From Ignavibacteriota bacterium (GTDB taxonomy: Bacteria > Bacteroidota > Ignavibacteria > UBA10030), in assembly GCA_963727825.1 (NCBI GenBank), contig CAVSHO010000009.1, forward strand, positions 672,001 to 736,000: a stretch of DNA of 64,000 nt, in the 5' to 3' direction. The position numbers and the translations under genes are program-made. This document shows positions 60,571 to 64,000 of the stretch, piece after piece. How positions within the stretch are numbered: position 1 is the stretch's first letter; every line of letters starts with the position of its first letter. A model generated the notes under the pieces. It did not search any database and was not told where the DNA came from. It worked only from the letters and a program-made list of their open reading frames with translations.

Positions 60571-61789
60571 CTAGTACTCTTTCCTGTTAGCATAGAAGTT
60601 CATCAACAAACCGACTATCGTCATATTCGCTATAAGCGCAGAGCCGCCGTAACTCATAAAAGGAAGCGGAAGGCCAATCACTGGCATCAATCCCATTGCC
60701 ATGCCGATGTTTATAACTATATGTGTGGTAAGAATACCTGTAATACCAATCGCTGATAAACTTCCGAATTTATTTTTAGACATACTCGCCACCCGCAGTC
60801 CATGTAACGATAACGCTGCAAACAATGATAAGACAATAGAGGAACCAAGAAATCCAAACTCTTCTCCTTGAACACAGAAAATAAAATCCGTCCATTGTTC
60901 CGGAATGTAATTAAGTTGAGTCTGCGTTCCTTTCAAAAAACCTTTTCCTTTAAATCCACCAGAGCCGATGGCAATTTTCGATTGTAGTACATTGTATCCG
61001 GCACCCAATTGGTCGGCTTCTGGATAGAGAAAAGTAGTAATTCTTTTTTGTTGATAGACATGCATGTGTTCATACACGATTTGCACAGAAAGTCCAATGG
61101 CAAGTGCAACTCCAAATGCGATTGCAACTGCGAATCGATTCTCACGGAAGAGATACAATAAAATTGCTCCGAGAACCGATGCAATTAGGAATTGCGCAGT
61201 ACCCTAAGAGTGCGCCCAATGCAACAAGAATGGGGACAATAATGGCAATAAGGATAAAATTTGAAACTCCTGCCCAATAAAGAAGCGGTAATAGTGTCAC
61301 AAAGAAAACAATGGCTGTTCCAAGATCGGGCTCTGCAAGGATAAGAAACATTGGTATTGCAAAGATGCATAGCACTATAACAAGATGTTTGATCTGCAAA
61401 ATTGAAACATCTGTTTTTGAGAGATACGAAGCGAATGCAAGCACGGTTGCAATCTTTGCAAACTCAGATGGCTGCCCACCGATGCCGCCAATGCCGAACC
61501 AACTTTTCGATCCCTTAATAGTGCTACCAACTATAAGAACAATCACAAGAACAGCGATAGTTGTAAAATAAAACGCAAACGACAAGCGCTGTACAGTACG
61601 AAGAGGAATGAATGCTGTTACTAACATTACGATCAAACCAATTCCAGCCCAAAGCGACTGTTTATAGAAATTTGCTGCATTATTGATGTCAAATGTTGCG
61701 CTATAGATTGACATTAAGCCAATAATCACCAAAGCAAGGCAAATGAGGCATGCACGGTAATCAAAATATTCTTTCAAGTAAGAAAACAT
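60571..61789 (-). CDS. rodA: Rod shape-determining protein RodA, with an apparent one-base frameshift at 61202-61204
   Basis: 5' part has GSKSW, QPSEFAK, EPDLGT; 3' part has IPEQWTDFIF, GLPLPFMSYGGS. Removing one G from TTA GGG T restores LGTAQFLIASVLGAILLYLFREN. Confidence 0.9.
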
Positions 61790-61790
61790 A

Positions 61791-63629
61791 TTACCGCTCT
61801 TGTGTGTTAAATGAATGTTTAGATGTGTCATTCTGTGATGCTACTGGATGACTGTTTGCTTGCAACGTTAGTTCGCCAAAGATATACTTTTGCATCACTT
61901 TGCCCGCGATTGGGGCTGCTTTTGCTCCACCCATTCCAGCGTTTTCTAATAGTACAGCAATTGCAATTTTAGGATGATCAAACGGTGCAAAACCGATATA
62001 CCATGCATGATCGGCTCCGTGCGGATTTTGTGCAGTTCCCGTCTTTCCACCTGACATAATACCTCGTATTCGTGCCGCGCCGCCAGTGCCTCCCGGCGCC
62101 TCTACAACACGACGCATACCTTCACGAATTATATTCATCACGCTTGAATCAACTCCTACCGAACTTTCTTTGTGATCAATGATATCAAGACTTTTTGTGC
62201 GTTTATTGCGAATTGAATTGACGGTGTGCGGCTGCAGGAGCGTACCGCCATTTGCTAACAAGGCGGCATACCGAGCCATCTGCAAAGGTGATACACCTAC
62301 TTCACCTTGACCGATCCCAAGGCTCACAATATTTCCCTGTGTCCATTTTCCTTTTCCGTAAACGCGATTGTAATATTCGGTGGATGGGATGAGGCCTGCA
62401 GTTTCTTCCCCAATGTCAATATTTGTAAATTGACCAAAACCAAATTTTTTACCGTATTCATTTAATTTATCTAACCCAACTTTTAGGACAAGCTGATAGA
62501 AAAAAACGTCACATGATCTTTGTATAGCTTCTATCACATTCACGGATCCATGGACGTGCATATCTTTAAAAACTTTATTTCCAAAACGGAATGCTCCGCC
62601 GCAGGTGATACGATAATGTTCATCGATAATTCCTTCCTGAAGCGCTGCTGCCGCAATGAGCATTTTAAAAGTCGAACCAGGCGGGTAACGCGTCATCGTT
62701 GCACGGTTGAACAGCACTTTATCTGGGTCATTATTCAATTGATTCCATACTTCGACTGATGTTACACCGCTGAAAACAGATGGATCAAAATCCGGCTTAC
62801 TAACCATTGCAAGTACACCACCATCATTCGGATCAATGGCAACTAATGCGCCGCGATAATTCGTCATTAAGGATTCTGCGAGCATTTGCAATTCGAAGTC
62901 GATACTCAGATTCAAATCGAATCCATCTTTTGAAGGAATGTCACGCTGTCCTCCTTCGAGTGGGCCTAATAATTGACCCTTGGAATTTACCGAGATGAAC
63001 TCAAAACCCTTTTCGCCGCGCAAAAATGTTTCATAACTTGCCTCCAAACCCGAGGAGCCAATAATATCTCCTGGCTGATACGCAGTACCAACCTTTGCAA
63101 GTTGGGCATCGGTAATTTCTTTGCAATATCCAAGCAGATGCGGCGCCCGGACATTAAATGGATAGATTCGTTTCGATTCGATTTCATACATAACACCAGG
63201 CAGTTTATAAAGATTTTCCTCTACTGCAGCAAGTGTCTTAAAATCAACGTCTCGCTTGATGCGAACGGGAGAGAACCGTGAATAAATACGACCGCGGTTG
63301 AGACGTTCTTGAATCATAGATGGTTCCATTTGCAAAAGTGAACTTAAAAAATAAAGCGTGCGTGTATCAAAGGAAGCAGGTGTCACAGTGATTGAGTATG
63401 CCGGACCTACATCCACAACTAACCGGCCATTACGATCAAATATATATCCCCGCACCGGTTCTTTGACGACCGTTCGTACACTGTTTTCATCGGATTTTTT
63501 CCCAAACTCTGTATGGTACAATAATTGCAATTGACAAAGCCGAAGCAATAAAAATCCAAAAGTCAAAACAATAATAATTGTCAGTACTTGTTTCCTCGAT
63601 GGGGTACCGATTTCTTCTATATTAATCAT
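61791..63629 (-). CDS. mrdA: Penicillin-binding protein 2
   Basis: YPPGSTFK, SCD, GKTGTAQ; between mreD and rodA; start 63629 (ATGA overlap) or 63638. Confidence 0.95.
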   Translation of the reverse strand: MINIEEIGTPSRKQVLTIIIVLTFGFLLLRLCQLQLLYHTEFGKKSDENSVRTVVKEPVRGYIFDRNGRLVVDVGPAYSITVTPASFDTRTLYFLSSLLQMEPSMIQERLNRGRIYSRFSPVRIKRDVDFKTLAAVEENLYKLPGVMYEIESKRIYPFNVRAPHLLGYCKEITDAQLAKVGTAYQPGDIIGSSGLEASYETFLRGEKGFEFISVNSKGQLLGPLEGGQRDIPSKDGFDLNLSIDFELQMLAESLMTNYRGALVAIDPNDGGVLAMVSKPDFDPSVFSGVTSVEVWNQLNNDPDKVLFNRATMTRYPPGSTFKMLIAAAALQEGIIDEHYRITCGGAFRFGNKVFKDMHVHGSVNVIEAIQRSCDVFFYQLVLKVGLDKLNEYGKKFGFGQFTNIDIGEETAGLIPSTEYYNRVYGKGKWTQGNIVSLGIGQGEVGVSPLQMARYAALLANGGTLLQPHTVNSIRNKRTKSLDIIDHKESSVGVDSSVMNIIREGMRRVVEAPGGTGGAARIRGIMSGGKTGTAQNPHGADHAWYIGFAPFDHPKIAIAVLLENAGMGGAKAAPIAGKVMQKYIFGELTLQANSHPVASQNDTSKHSFNTQER

Positions 63630-64000
63630 TGTGCCCAAGGTGTGTTATATTTTCTGGAATAGAAAAACATCGGTAAGACACTAATGACACAAGTATAGAG
63701 TGTCATTCCTATGGTGTGCTCAATTGTAGAAAATAATACTGAGTCGTTATTCCCTTGAAAAAAAATCAAGAAATATATAAGATTATGAACAACTGAACAA
63801 AGTGCAACCAACAGCACATAGCGGTATGAACCAAGGGTTTGTTCCACTGTGTTTTCGTTAAAAAAATATCCTGCAACAAATCCAGCGATGGTTTTGGAAA
63901 GTGCCGCCAATCCAAAAAATTGTATTGTGATCACATCTTGCAATAATCCGATGATAAATCCACTAATGGTTGCTTCAATTTGCCCGCGGCGCAATGCTAT
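63626..64000 (-). CDS. mreD: Rod shape-determining protein MreD (3' part, runs off the window edge)
   Basis: Hydrophobic, GFIIGLLQD...FGLAALSKT; directly upstream of mrdA. Confidence 0.85.
   Translation of the reverse strand: MALRRGQIEATISGFIIGLLQDVITIQFFGLAALSKTIAGFVAGYFFNENTVEQTLGSYRYVLLVALCSVVHNLIYFLIFFQGNNDSVLFSTIEHTIGMTLYTCVISVLPMFFYSRKYNTPWAQ

Noticed and set aside
1-64000. CRISPR array, tRNA, rRNA, integrase, transposase, reverse transcriptase or defence genes
   Set aside because: None seen by eye; all intergenic gaps are under about 460 nt and lack regularly spaced repeats or cloverleaf motifs.

Overview
Bacterial chromosomal window, mostly on the minus strand. Gene content and protein style suggest an Ignavibacteria/Chlorobi-like member of the Bacteroidota superphylum (inference only). 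Four blocks: (1) 1-22782, a co-oriented amino-acid biosynthesis super-cluster (ilvD-ilvB-ilvN-gltB-gltD-ilvC-cimA-aroF-leuA-[Cys-free racemase-fold protein, OsmC]-leuC-[Tam-like methyltransferase]-leuD-proC-leuB-hom-aspartokinase). It is headed by a sigma70-like promoter and an unannotated 51-codon Val/Leu/Ile-rich leader peptide with competing RNA helices but no classical terminator. (2) 23245-30338, an atypical 8-Cys DksA/TraR-like gene, a DHODH-like gene, PFOR (nifJ) and prfC. (3) 30533-39479, a two-module arsenic/organoarsenical island with two ArsRs that have distinct operators, plus arsM, two arsC, acr3, arsP, thioredoxins, CcdA, a nitroreductase, a ProC-like reductase, a C-GCAxxG-C-C protein and a deletion scar. 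(4) 39795-64000, the dcw cluster (mraZ to ftsZ, with a collapsed four-helix-bundle mini-gene between ftsA and ftsZ), a Tat-signal dipeptide epimerase, a HAD phosphatase, ahpC and mreD-mrdA-rodA. cimA and rodA each carry a single extra base (possible assembly error). No rRNA, tRNA, CRISPR array or transposase gene was seen. All family assignments come from motif recognition; no database search was run.
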